NCBI GenBank assembly: GCA_038874595.1
Contig: JAVZCB010000002.1
Location: 1 to 64,000 of the forward strand
DNA length: 64,000 nt
Source of the DNA: Candidatus Micrarchaeia archaeon
GTDB taxonomy: Archaea; Micrarchaeota; Micrarchaeia; CAILAH01
Direction of reading: 5' to 3'
The stretch's first letter is position 1. Each line of letters starts with the position of its first letter. This document shows positions 47,574-57,700 of the stretch, in pieces. The notes under the pieces were generated by a model. It was not told the DNA's origin. It saw only the letters and a list, made by a program, of their open reading frames with translations, and ran no database searches. The position numbers and the translations under genes are program-made.

Positions 47574-48872
47574 ATGAGAGCAACAATCACGATTGCGCTG
47601 GCAGTGCTGCTTCTGGCAGCACCTGTGCTTTTTGCTGAGTGGACTGAGAAAATAGAGATTCATGTAGTGGACAAATTAGACAGGCCCATCAACGGTGCTG
47701 TCGTTACCGTACTTTACCAGAAACATTCTTTCCCTGTAACAAGCGATGAATCCTCTCTCGATGGGAAAATTGTGATGAAAACCAATGAAAGCGGTAAGCT
47801 TGTAATACCATTTGCAAACATGGTAAACACAAAAGAGAGCGAAATAAGATTTTACATTGTGAAGGCAAACTACAGCACGAGCAAGCAGCAAAGCGAAAAG
47901 ATATTATGCAGCAGCATGGGCCCAACGTGCCACGATAACCAGCCATACTTGAAAACATTCACTTTTGATGCATATCGTGTAAATATCCTGGTACTGGACC
48001 AGAACGGAAAGCCGATTGAGGGCGCAATGGTGTATTCGGGTGGTAATGAGTATGCAACATCAAAGGACGGAAAGGTATGGGTAACTGTGCCCAATGGTGC
48101 CACATATACGATAGTTGTTGAGTACGGCGGCAAGAAAAGGACACTAACCGGAAAAATCAGCGGAAGTGATGACCAGAAGACTGTCACGTTCAATAGGTAT
48201 ACTGTGCGTTTCAGGGTGCTGAATGATAAGGGAGAACTTGTACCAGCGGAAGTGCTCTTGGATGGCAAGATTGCACACACAGATGAGCAGGGGTACGTGG
48301 AGTTTGCAGATATACTTAGTGATAATATAGATATTTTCCTTAGGTATGGTGGAGGGTCCAGGAATTACAACTTTGCGCTTACAGGAAACCTTGATAGTGA
48401 GCTTATTGTTGATGAAAGCGAGCCAGCGGTATCCATCTCAGGGAAGACCGTAGATGAAAAAAGCAACGCTATATTCATATCTGTTGTTGCATCCGACCCA
48501 AACCCAAAATCAAGCGGGCTGCGCACTTCCGAACCGGTTATATTGAAATACAACGCGGGGGAAGGTTGGAGAACTGTTGCTATGTACCAGACCGGTAAAG
48601 GAACGTTCCAGACAACAATCCCTATAGTGTATGATAAGCAGATATTGCTTGAAGTCAGCGCTTATGATGCACAGGGTAATTCAAGGACAATTACGGACAG
48701 CATTACTGCAAGCAAAGAAGCCAAGCCAGGCACAGAAAACGAAAACACACAACAATCATCTGGTGGAGCCGGTGAGAGTAGCGGGCTTGATATGGTCACG
48801 CTTGCAGGCGGTGTAATCGTTGTGCTTATTGTGTTGATTATCCTATACAAGAAATACACTGGTGAGATTTAA
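47574..48872 (+). CDS. Secreted beta-sandwich repeat (carboxypeptidase-regulatory-like) protein with C-terminal TM anchor
   Basis: Signal peptide; V.D...PI.GA.V...T...G repeats; C-terminal TM. Confidence 0.7.
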   Translation: MRATITIALAVLLLAAPVLFAEWTEKIEIHVVDKLDRPINGAVVTVLYQKHSFPVTSDESSLDGKIVMKTNESGKLVIPFANMVNTKESEIRFYIVKANYSTSKQQSEKILCSSMGPTCHDNQPYLKTFTFDAYRVNILVLDQNGKPIEGAMVYSGGNEYATSKDGKVWVTVPNGATYTIVVEYGGKKRTLTGKISGSDDQKTVTFNRYTVRFRVLNDKGELVPAEVLLDGKIAHTDEQGYVEFADILSDNIDIFLRYGGGSRNYNFALTGNLDSELIVDESEPAVSISGKTVDEKSNAIFISVVASDPNPKSSGLRTSEPVILKYNAGEGWRTVAMYQTGKGTFQTTIPIVYDKQILLEVSAYDAQGNSRTITDSITASKEAKPGTENENTQQSSGGAGESSGLDMVTLAGGVIVVLIVLIILYKKYTGEI

Positions 48873-48943
48873 GCCCGAGTAAACCGCAGATTACAAAAAC
48901 ATGCAGGTAGGTTATACATACAAGAAAACATTTGGTATGATAA

Positions 48944-49957
48944 CTAATCACTGAGCTTATACTGCCGCACTTTCACACCTGCCTCTTCAAGGAGTGCAAG
49001 CGCATTTCTGGAAAGAGGATACTTATCATTAAACACAACTTCAATTATGCCTGCATTAATTATCATTTTTGTGCATAGCAGGCAGGGGGAAAACGTTGTA
49101 TAAATTGTGCACCCTTTCGTGCTGACACCGTTGTATGCGGCCTGCACGATTGCATTCTCCTCACCGTGGGAGCAGAAGCACTCTTCGAGATTCTTGCCCG
49201 ATTCAGAGAATGAATTACAGCGTGGGCATCCACCCTCACTGCAATTTCTTGTGCCGCGCGGAGTGCCATTATAACCGGTAGAAACTATCTGCTTGTCGCG
49301 CACAATGACAGCACCAACCCTTCTCTTAACACAGTTGCTCCGTGTTGCAACCTGTTGTGCGATGCCCATAAAATATGCATCCCATGTCGGGCGCTCCTGC
49401 TTAAACTCCTTTGAGAGCTCACCAAGCACAAAATCTATCTTCTCATAAAACTGCTCGCGTGTGCCGTTGTTTTCTATCTTCTTATCAGCAAGCGCAAACG
49501 TCTTCTTAAGGTTCTGCATAGTGCTTTTCTCGTTTTCCATCTCAAACTGCTCGATTTCCCTGAACGCCTCAAACGTCTTCGGGTCTTCTTCACGGCCGCG
49601 GCTGCGCTGCCTCTCAAACCTCACATATGCATCAGCAGTCACATAAATAAGGTAAAAATTCCCAAGACGCCTGAGCTCCTCAACCTCAACCGGGTTGCGT
49701 ATGGAATCAATCACATAATTCTTATCCCTGCTCATCTTCTCTTTTGCGCGCACTGCAAGCACACTGGCACCAAACTTCTCCCTCAGCTCGTTGCCTTTCT
49801 GGATGAGTGTTTCTCTCGTGATTGGCCGGCCTTCCTCCTTAAGCGCCTCACGTATAATATCAGAAAGCGAGAGCGGGTAAAACCCTTTTTTTACAAGGTA
49901 ATCTATCGCTGTCGTCTTGCCAGCGCAATTTTCCCCTGTGAACCCTATGACTAGCAT
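48944..49957 (-). CDS. P-loop NMP-kinase-like (dephospho-CoA kinase-like) domain fused to dCMP deaminase
   Basis: GENCAGKTT Walker A; RPTWD.YFM, TGYNG.P.G, HGEENA, PCLLC. Confidence 0.85.
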   Translation of the reverse strand: MLVIGFTGENCAGKTTAIDYLVKKGFYPLSLSDIIREALKEEGRPITRETLIQKGNELREKFGASVLAVRAKEKMSRDKNYVIDSIRNPVEVEELRRLGNFYLIYVTADAYVRFERQRSRGREEDPKTFEAFREIEQFEMENEKSTMQNLKKTFALADKKIENNGTREQFYEKIDFVLGELSKEFKQERPTWDAYFMGIAQQVATRSNCVKRRVGAVIVRDKQIVSTGYNGTPRGTRNCSEGGCPRCNSFSESGKNLEECFCSHGEENAIVQAAYNGVSTKGCTIYTTFSPCLLCTKMIINAGIIEVVFNDKYPLSRNALALLEEAGVKVRQYKLSD

Positions 49958-50011
49958 ATGGATATTGCAAGTGATAATGCTAATAAATATTGCTTTGCCT
50001 AAAAAAGATGT

Positions 50012-50132
50012 GCTCCGGTAGTGTAGCGGATAGCATTCAGCCCTGTCACGGCTGCGACCCGGGTTCGAAGCACCTCTTTTGGGATGCCTAAAGAGCTGCA
50101 CCAGAAAGGTTTCGAAAATCCCGGCCGGGGCG
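50012..50132 (+). tRNA. tRNA-Asp(GTC) with 49-nt T-loop intron at 59/60 (50070-50118)
   Basis: Acceptor GCTCCGG/CCGGGGC, G73; anticodon GTC 50045-50047; TTCG/CGAA central helix. Confidence 0.92.
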
Positions 50133-50145
50133 CTCTTTTTTTCAA

Positions 50146-50412
50146 TTATATTTGGGAAAAAATTAGCTGTGCTATTTTCTCTGCATCTCCCTTTTCACTT
50201 GCTTTCTTAATTATAACCTTACCGCGCCTGTAAAGTGCAACCTCAACCTCGCCTTTAGTCCCTATTGCGAGCACATCGCTTTTCATTTTTATGCTAAACC
50301 CTGCCTTTTGCAGGATAGAGCACATCTTCTCAGGAGATAATTCCACCTCGCTTTCAGGTACCACATCAAACGTGTTGCTGCCGCGGCACGGCGAGCTTAA
50401 CCGGTATTTCAT
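50146..50412 (-). CDS. Small hypothetical protein
   Basis: 88-aa ORF with alpha/beta pattern (VALYRRGKVIIK). Confidence 0.6.
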   Translation of the reverse strand: MKYRLSSPCRGSNTFDVVPESEVELSPEKMCSILQKAGFSIKMKSDVLAIGTKGEVEVALYRRGKVIIKKASEKGDAEKIAQLIFSQI

Positions 50413-50473
50413 TAATTATTTTGTATGCTATGAAATTATAAAGCATTATTTGAGTGTGGGGTGCATACCAAAA

Positions 50474-51070
50474 TTACTTGCGGGATTGGAGAAACACCAA
50501 AAAAAACCTCTGCAAAAACGCAAGCACTGAAAGGAGTGCACCCAAGGAAAGGAGATACATCGAATAAATAGGTGCAAAAAGGTATATGGTAAGCGATATG
50601 AATATCAGTGCCACCCGCTCGGCCCTTTCAAAAAAGCAGTGCAGCCTACTTATTTTTTGCTTGCCGAGCGTGCCGCGGTGGTCCGCATACGCTTTTGCAA
50701 ACGAAGTAAGGAACGTGCCGAATGCAATCATTATAAGGATAGAGTAAAGTGCAAGCGCCTGGTTTGGCCAGGTGAGGCTTATCATGGAGGCAAGCACAAA
50801 AAACTCAACTATGCGGTCTGAGATGCCATCAAAATAAGCACCAAACGGCGTTTCCTGCTTTTTTGCGCGCGCAACTATGCCGTCTACCCCATCAAGCATA
50901 AATGCAATGAAAACAAAAATAATGCCATAAGTCACATCCCCTAGAAATATGAGATATGAAGCAACAGCTGCTGAAACTATGGACAAGAAGGTAATCGTGT
51001 TTGGAGAGAATGGGATATATTTTGCAAAATGCTCAAACGCGGTTGTTTTTATTGCCTGCTTAACTCCCAT
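50474..51070 (-). CDS. CDP-alcohol phosphatidyltransferase
   Basis: PN.IT, DGVDGIVAR......FGAYFDGISDR signature. Confidence 0.92.
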   Translation of the reverse strand: MGVKQAIKTTAFEHFAKYIPFSPNTITFLSIVSAAVASYLIFLGDVTYGIIFVFIAFMLDGVDGIVARAKKQETPFGAYFDGISDRIVEFFVLASMISLTWPNQALALYSILIMIAFGTFLTSFAKAYADHRGTLGKQKISRLHCFFERAERVALIFISLTIYLFAPIYSMYLLSLGALLSVLAFLQRFFLVFLQSRK

Positions 51071-51106
51071 ATAGCAGCATTCACCTCAAACAAATAAATA
51101 TCCTTT

Positions 51107-52072
51107 TTATGCTGGTGCATCCTCTATCCTGTATTTGGGGCTTATTACCAATTCATTATCAGGATAGTTGCCATTGTACTTGCCATACAAAAAATGTGCC
51201 GTATATGCTATCATTGCCCCGTTATCCCGGTTGTACTCATTTTGCGGGGCACAAAAAGAAACCCCATTCTCTTCTGACATTGCACGGAGCATCCATTGAA
51301 GGCGCGTATTCTGGGCGACACCACCGCATAAGAGCACCTGCTTTTTCTTTGTTAGCATAAGAGCGCGTTCTGCCGCCTCACACAGCATCGCAAACGCAGT
51401 CTCCTGAAATGAATACGCAATATCCTCGGGGGCATTTGACGTGAGCAGTTGTGTACACCGCGTAAGGAGGCCTGAGAACGCAAAATCCATCCCCTTAACT
51501 GTATAGGGGAGCTCAATATACTTACCAGATTTAGCAATACGCTCAATCTCACCACCGTGCGCACGCTCAAGCCCCATCTCGCGGGCCAGTGTGTCAATCG
51601 CATTGCCAAGACCTATATCCAGCGTCTCACCAAGCACACGGTAGCGGTTGTTTTCTTTTATTAGCAGTTGCGTATTGCCACCGCTTGCATAAACAACCAG
51701 CGGGTCATTGAATTTACATTCGTGCCTGCCCACCTCTATGTGCGCAACACTGTGGTGTACTGGAATTATCGGGATTTTATAATGCGTAGCAATAAGCACC
51801 GCCGCAACACGCGAAACACGCAGGCACGGGGCAAGGCCAGGGCCTTTTGAATACCCAACCAGCCCTAGCTCAGAGAGCCTGATGCCTGCCTTATCTATGG
51901 CGGCATTGAGCACAGTGCTAAAATTTGCAGAGTGCGAATCTGCTGCATCGCTCGGTTTCATACCACCAAACGGCTTGGAATATGTAACACTCTCGTTTGC
52001 AATAATCCTTTTGCCATCGTATATCCCTATGCCGAGAGTATGGGCAGTGCTTTCAATCCCAAGCGATATCAT
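51107..52072 (-). CDS. kae1: tRNA N6-adenosine threonylcarbamoyltransferase Kae1
   Basis: GIESTAH, GPG, HHSVAHIE, SGGNTQ, GGVAQN, DNGAMIA. Confidence 0.95.
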   Translation of the reverse strand: MISLGIESTAHTLGIGIYDGKRIIANESVTYSKPFGGMKPSDAADSHSANFSTVLNAAIDKAGIRLSELGLVGYSKGPGLAPCLRVSRVAAVLIATHYKIPIIPVHHSVAHIEVGRHECKFNDPLVVYASGGNTQLLIKENNRYRVLGETLDIGLGNAIDTLAREMGLERAHGGEIERIAKSGKYIELPYTVKGMDFAFSGLLTRCTQLLTSNAPEDIAYSFQETAFAMLCEAAERALMLTKKKQVLLCGGVAQNTRLQWMLRAMSEENGVSFCAPQNEYNRDNGAMIAYTAHFLYGKYNGNYPDNELVISPKYRIEDAPA

Positions 52073-52090
52073 AAAAACCACTAAATGATG

Positions 52091-52837
52091 CTAGAACTGC
52101 ATATACTTAATCATATAAAGCGAGCCCGCATTTATCATCATATGCGCAAAAATAGGCGATTTCAAGTCCCCTGAAATCTTAAAGAGGAGGTAGAGAAATA
52201 TGCCTAGACCGAACGCCCCAACTATTTCATATACCGAGCCATATGAAAGATGTGCAAATGCAAAAATGATGTTTGCGGGGATTGGCCCTACATACCTTGT
52301 TAGAAACGAGCGGAAAAACACCTCCTCAGCAAGCGGTCCCACTGTAACTGCGTAAAGCAGTATATACGGCGGAAGCGCTGTTATTTTCTGGTCAACCTTA
52401 TGCGCATCATCAAAGCCAAGGTAATATGCGACCTGTGAGAGCAGGAATACCAGAACCAATGCCGGGAGCATTGATACCACTGCGAACAGGAAGGCGCGCA
52501 CAATCCCCCCTTTAAACCCGAGCTTTGAGAGTGTTTCAGCAAGCGTGGCACCGGTGCGCATATCCACACATATTGGCGTAAGCAGCATAATCAAAGAGAG
52601 CAATATAGGTGTGAAATAAATCACTTCATGCATACCAATCGCAAGGAGCGCTGTGAAAAGAATCATAAGAAAGGCATCTGCTTCCCTGCGCAATAACAGG
52701 ATTATTGGCAGCACCAATGCCGATGCTATATAGTATGAGCTTACGTTAGTGAAAAAAGAGATGGCTGCTGACACCAGCACAACACATGCTGCTGCGAGCA
52801 GTGCAAGCAGGGATTCTCTAACCTTGCTTTTTCTCAT
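52091..52837 (-). CDS. CPBP (CAAX/Abi) intramembrane metalloprotease
   Basis: EEVFFR, FAFAH, H...N motifs. Confidence 0.88.
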   Translation of the reverse strand: MRKSKVRESLLALLAAACVVLVSAAISFFTNVSSYYIASALVLPIILLLRREADAFLMILFTALLAIGMHEVIYFTPILLSLIMLLTPICVDMRTGATLAETLSKLGFKGGIVRAFLFAVVSMLPALVLVFLLSQVAYYLGFDDAHKVDQKITALPPYILLYAVTVGPLAEEVFFRSFLTRYVGPIPANIIFAFAHLSYGSVYEIVGAFGLGIFLYLLFKISGDLKSPIFAHMMINAGSLYMIKYMQF

Positions 52838-52961
52838 AGTAACCGCATTTACCGCAGGAGAACCTGTCTTTATGTTCTGCAAGCCGTGTTCCTGCGCCAC
52901 ACCGCGGGCAATCGCGACCCTTCTTGTATATACGTGGCTTCTCCTTCTTTTTATCGGCCAT
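52818..52961 (-). CDS. rps27ae: Ribosomal protein S27ae (eS31), not in ORF track
   Basis: Hand translation [47 protein letters not shown]; follows S24e; GAGGTG SD. Confidence 0.93.
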   Translation of the reverse strand: MADKKKEKPRIYKKGRDCPRCGAGTRLAEHKDRFSCGKCGYYEKKQG

Positions 52962-52976
52962 TTTTACACCTCAAAC

Positions 52977-53294
52977 TTATGCTGCTGGCTTTTCCTTCTG
53001 GGTTTCGGTTGTTTTTCCCAGAGACTTAGCTGCCCGTGCAAGCAGGTGCTTAGGCTCAATGCGCATATCCTGCTCAGATTTATAAATACGTGCCTTGCCA
53101 TAGCACATCTTCTTGCCGAACGGCTGTCTTATATACTCAACCACTATCAGATTTTCATCTGCTTTAAGCGCGCTTGCAAGTTCCTTTATTACTGATGCCC
53201 TGGACGGTGTCTCTGCATCATGCCTAATCTCAAACGCAACTTCCATCCTGTTGAAAAAGGGGTTTGTGCTTTTACTCGTAATATCCATCTTCAT
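52977..53294 (-). CDS. rps24e: Ribosomal protein S24e
   Basis: NPFFNR.E, TPSR, FG.....G.ARIY, EPKHLLAR. Confidence 0.93.
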   Translation of the reverse strand: MKMDITSKSTNPFFNRMEVAFEIRHDAETPSRASVIKELASALKADENLIVVEYIRQPFGKKMCYGKARIYKSEQDMRIEPKHLLARAAKSLGKTTETQKEKPAA

Positions 53295-53318
53295 AACAAC
53301 ACCTCGGAACATGATGCG

Positions 53319-53714
53319 CTACTCTTTACCTACCCTAACCACCATTTTCTTGCCCATTGTCTCAATATATTCAATCTCCTTGCCGGCAACCGCCTCCTCT
53401 GCCATATCACTTGGGATTGCAATGTCAAAATTCTCAAATGTGGTAAGGTCCATAACGACCATACTGTCGCCGCTCACTGAAATTATCTGGCCACGCTTCC
53501 TCTCAATTATAGGTGCCTCAACATCATCACCGGAATGCGTGAACAGCATACGTTTCTGCCCATCAAAGATACCTATCCCTGTTATCTGAACCTTTGCCGC
53601 GCCGTGCTTCCCTGGTTTGGAGGAGCTTATATCCACCACCCTGCACGGGAAACCATCTATCATTACGAATTTTCCGGGCTTTATATCCCTTGTATTAACA
53701 AACGTTGTGCTCAT
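53319..53714 (-). CDS. eif5a: Translation factor aIF-5A
   Basis: SKPGKHGAAK hypusine motif. Confidence 0.96.
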   Translation of the reverse strand: MSTTFVNTRDIKPGKFVMIDGFPCRVVDISSSKPGKHGAAKVQITGIGIFDGQKRMLFTHSGDDVEAPIIERKRGQIISVSGDSMVVMDLTTFENFDIAIPSDMAEEAVAGKEIEYIETMGKKMVVRVGKE

Positions 53715-53814
53715 AAGCTGATTTGAGCCTAATAAAATATATAAATGGTAAATAACTATTGATTGCTAATAAAATGCCTAATGCTGCACATAAATGGCGA
53801 AAGGAAGTGCAACT

Positions 53815-54537
53815 ATGATAGATGCGCATTGCCACCTCGTGGATATAAAAAATGTGGATTTTACCCAATTCTCCGAAATGGAGGCAATAGTTAATTCGGG
53901 GTATGATGTGTGCTCAAGCAGCAAAGCTGTTTATATGAAGCTGAACCGTGCTGCAGGTGATGTGCATTTGTATGCAAATGTGGGGATAGGCCCGCAAAAA
54001 TGCATGGGTCCTGACGCAATGCAGGGAGTTAGAGAGATTGAGGGGATTATAAGAGGGAATGAGAAAGTTATTGATGCGATAGGAGAGGTTGGGCTTGATT
54101 ACCATTGGGGGGATACTGAAGATAAGCGGAGGATGCAAAAGCAAGCATTTGTTGCAATGATTGCACTGGCAAAAGAACTGCAAAAGCCAATTGTGATACA
54201 CTCACGGCAGGCCACTGCGGAATGCATTCGCATTCTTGACGAAGCTAAATTTGAATATGGTGTCATGTTCCACTTTTTCTCTGGCAATCTGGAAGAAGCA
54301 AAAGATATTTCTGATAGGGGCTGGCTTGTATCCTTGCCTCCATTAAGAGGTGGGAGAATAAGCATTGCGCGTGCACTGGACCTTGAGAGTATTGCTGCTG
54401 AAACCGATGCACCTTATGTTGGGAAAACACCCTTGGATGTAAAGGAATCCATACGCATTATTGCAGAGGCCAAGGGCGCAGAGTTTCATGAGGTCGAGAA
54501 ATGCACAAGCGCAAACGTGAGAAGACTGTTCAAATAG
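53815..54537 (+). CDS. tatD: TatD-family nuclease
   Basis: DAHCH, AIGEVGLDY, IHSR, H.F, ETDAPY. Confidence 0.9.
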   Translation: MIDAHCHLVDIKNVDFTQFSEMEAIVNSGYDVCSSSKAVYMKLNRAAGDVHLYANVGIGPQKCMGPDAMQGVREIEGIIRGNEKVIDAIGEVGLDYHWGDTEDKRRMQKQAFVAMIALAKELQKPIVIHSRQATAECIRILDEAKFEYGVMFHFFSGNLEEAKDISDRGWLVSLPPLRGGRISIARALDLESIAAETDAPYVGKTPLDVKESIRIIAEAKGAEFHEVEKCTSANVRRLFK

Positions 54538-54734
54538 CAGTATTGTGCCAGTGAATTAACTAATATGACTAAAAACAAAAAAGCAAAAGATGCATAGCAA
54601 AATTACAGCTTATCTAAAATGCACAAGCGCAAACGTGAGAAGACTGTTCAAATAGCAGTATTGTGCCAGTGAATTAACTAATATGACTAAAAACAAAAAA
54701 GCAAAAGATGCATAGCAAAATTACAGCTTATCTA
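54499..54734. repeat. Exact 118-bp tandem duplication spanning both convergent stop codons
   Basis: 54499-54616 identical to 54617-54734. Confidence 0.93.
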
Positions 54735-57700
54735 TTATGTCCCTTACCCTATCTGCAGCCTTTTTCATCGTGAGCAGGACAAAACCAAGGTCCTCATCAG
54801 GCCTTATTATTGCAAGAATAAGCGACTGCTCGCCTGCACGCACTATAACCTGCCTGCCAAGCGTTGCGTTGAAAGCAACATAGTTTACATCACCCTTGTT
54901 AAGTGCCTTTGATGCTGCCTCTGCCTTCTGCATCGCCCTGGCGCTCATAGCAGCCACGGATTCGGGGTTGCTGCCTTTAGGCAGGTTTGAGCTTATCACC
55001 AGCCCATCTTTCCTTAATATAATCCCACCGAGTATGCGCTGCGTATCAATCATCTCTTTCATTATGTTATCTAGGTCAGATTTTGTAACGCTCTTTATTG
55101 CCTTCAACTTCACAATCGTATTGCCTTCAAGCGCGACGGGCAGGTCGGTCTCTGAAATAAACCTTTCAACAACCCACGGCCTCCACTCTGGCGGTATCGT
55201 GCTCAGCATCGCTGGGTCGACACGCTCTTGCTTACGCAGCAGGCCTTCAATTGAAGATTTCCATCCCGGCCATGCAGAAAGCACTTCGCTCTTCTTGCGA
55301 AGCGTGAATAGTATTGAGTCAACCTTTGTGTTAAGTGAGATTATCTCGTTCTTTATCTGCTCTATCTCATCCAACCCAAACTTCTCAATCCTATCGCGCA
55401 AAGGACCGGTGCTTGTTGCATAGAGTCTTTCCATCTCATCAAAAGGAATGAGATTGTTCTTCTTGCACACCTCAACAAGAGTGCCTGCCTCATGCAATTT
55501 TGCATCAATCGCATCAAGCTGCTCTGAAAACTGCTGTACTGCCGAGACCTTCTTGCCGAGCTCAGCTGCCATATCCGAGAGAATACTGACCGTTGTAGCC
55601 AGCTCCTTCTCATCAACTTCATTCCTTTCTATCGCGTTTATTAATGAGTCAACATTTAACCCACCCAGCCTCTTTGAATATTCCTCAACCCGCATGCCAT
55701 ACCCTTTGCCGCGTGTGATCAGCGTAGATACCTCCGTGAAAAGCTCATTGACACGCTCAAAAGCACTAACGGAAACCATAAACCTTGCTATTGTGTTCTT
55801 AATGTCCGATTCAATCTGGCCATAACTGTCTGCAAGCTCCTTACTCCTGATAACTGCTTCTTCGATAGGCATCTGCTCCAATGATGCTATTGCCTCCCTT
55901 CCACCAAACGCTGCAAGCCTCTTCTCATAAATTGAAACATCAATCCCGTTTTCTTTGGCCTGTGTAATCAATGAGGGGATTGTATCCAAATGCTTAATTA
56001 TCCTGGCAATATGTTGTTTCATTTCATCTTCTTCTGCAATTATCTTGCCAAGCACTTCACGGAGGTATTTCATTTTTTCATTAATGGTTGCAACCAGCTC
56101 TGAGGCCTTATCAAACTGCTTTGCAGCAACGTTCTCACGCATATGTGAAAGCAGTGTTTCAACAGAAGCAACAAGGCGGTCTGCACGCGCAACCTTCTTT
56201 CCCCTGAGTTCTATTGCAAGCGCTTCAAGCTCGTGCCTCAGCTCACTTTCCCTGGATGCAAACCCCTCTTCTAGAGGCACACCACAGCTTTCGCACCTGT
56301 CTGATGCAAGCGAAGTTGTGCGGTTACATACAGGGCATGGGAATTTTGTAAGCTTGAGACGCTCAACCTCTGATAGCTTACCCTCTATCGAGCTGCGCTC
56401 CCTGCGTATCGCTTCCTGTATTGAGTCCAGGTACGTTTTCGCTGCGACAAACCCCTGCCCGGAATATATTATAGAATATCTGTTAGCCTCAACACGCCAA
56501 TCTTTCTTTTCAAGCTTAATACCATACCCTGTAAGTTTCCTGTAAAGTGGTTCCAGCTGGTCTATCTCATCCTCAATATCACTGCGCGCCTTCTCAAGCA
56601 CCTTCTCCTGGTCCATGCTCACTGAGAGCAGCTCATGCAGTGCAGAGTACTCCTTGCGAAGCTCTTTTTCAAGCAGCAGTTCCGCCTCTTCAAGCTCACC
56701 GCGCGACATTCTGGTCTCGGCTTCAGAAAGCTTTGAAAAGAACCTATCTATACGTGATATATCAAAGGAAATACCTGCAACTGCCGCGCTTTCCTTGAGT
56801 GACATTATATCCTTGCGCATTTTCAGGAGCTCATCCCTCATCTCTTTCTCAACAAGAACCTTGCGCAGGCCGTGCTCAACAGGCGCGCGCATATACCTCT
56901 CACCAAGGAAACGGGCTTTCAGCAGGTCTTCCAAAACGAACCCTATCAGGACAAGGCCAATAACTGTTATTGACACACCAAGCAGCAGGCCTATGCTTGT
57001 GGTCATTGCAAGTATTACATCATCAGTTTGTGGCTCTCCTGTGGAGGCTATTAGGTATCCACCTATTATAAGTGCAATCACTGCTGCAATTGTAAATTCT
57101 TTCCTGCCACGGCCGCCAAAACCGGCAACCCTATATATTGCTTCTGATATAGGCTCGTGCCTGGCTGCACTTACAAAAAGACTGTATACTAAGTAAAGAA
57201 GCGTATACAAAATATAGATTATAAGAAGGATAGCAAACAAGACAAGTGCCAACCCAAAGCCAAATCCAACATATGCGCGGATGGCTGCAAGTGCAGAGTT
57301 GAATAGCGCTCTCCCTTCAACGTAAATACCTATATTTTCAAGTGCAAGCACACGTATAGTCCCTGAAGGGTAAGTTATTTTCTGCATCTCAAGGTCCCAA
57401 TTTGCCGGAGGCGCCTGCACTTTATACCCAAAATCCACCCGTGTATCTGATGGTTTCTTAAAACTAATGCGATATCTTGCAGTAAGCGGTACCGAATCAG
57501 AAACATAGACAGGAGGCACAGTAAGAAAAGTTATGTCGGATTTGCGCACTGCAAATGATTCTGGGATTATTTCATCTGCATCAATGATGGCGTTCTCATC
57601 ATAAATGTAAGATGTCCTTGATGTTATCTCATACCTGGAATATGCAGAATAATACTGTGCCCTTGTTGCACCTGCATCTTCCACGTATATGACCTGCAAC

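Noticed and set aside
52838-52900. N-terminal extension of the CPBP ORF given in the track
   Set aside because: This region encodes rps27ae in another frame; the CPBP start is more likely ATG 52837.
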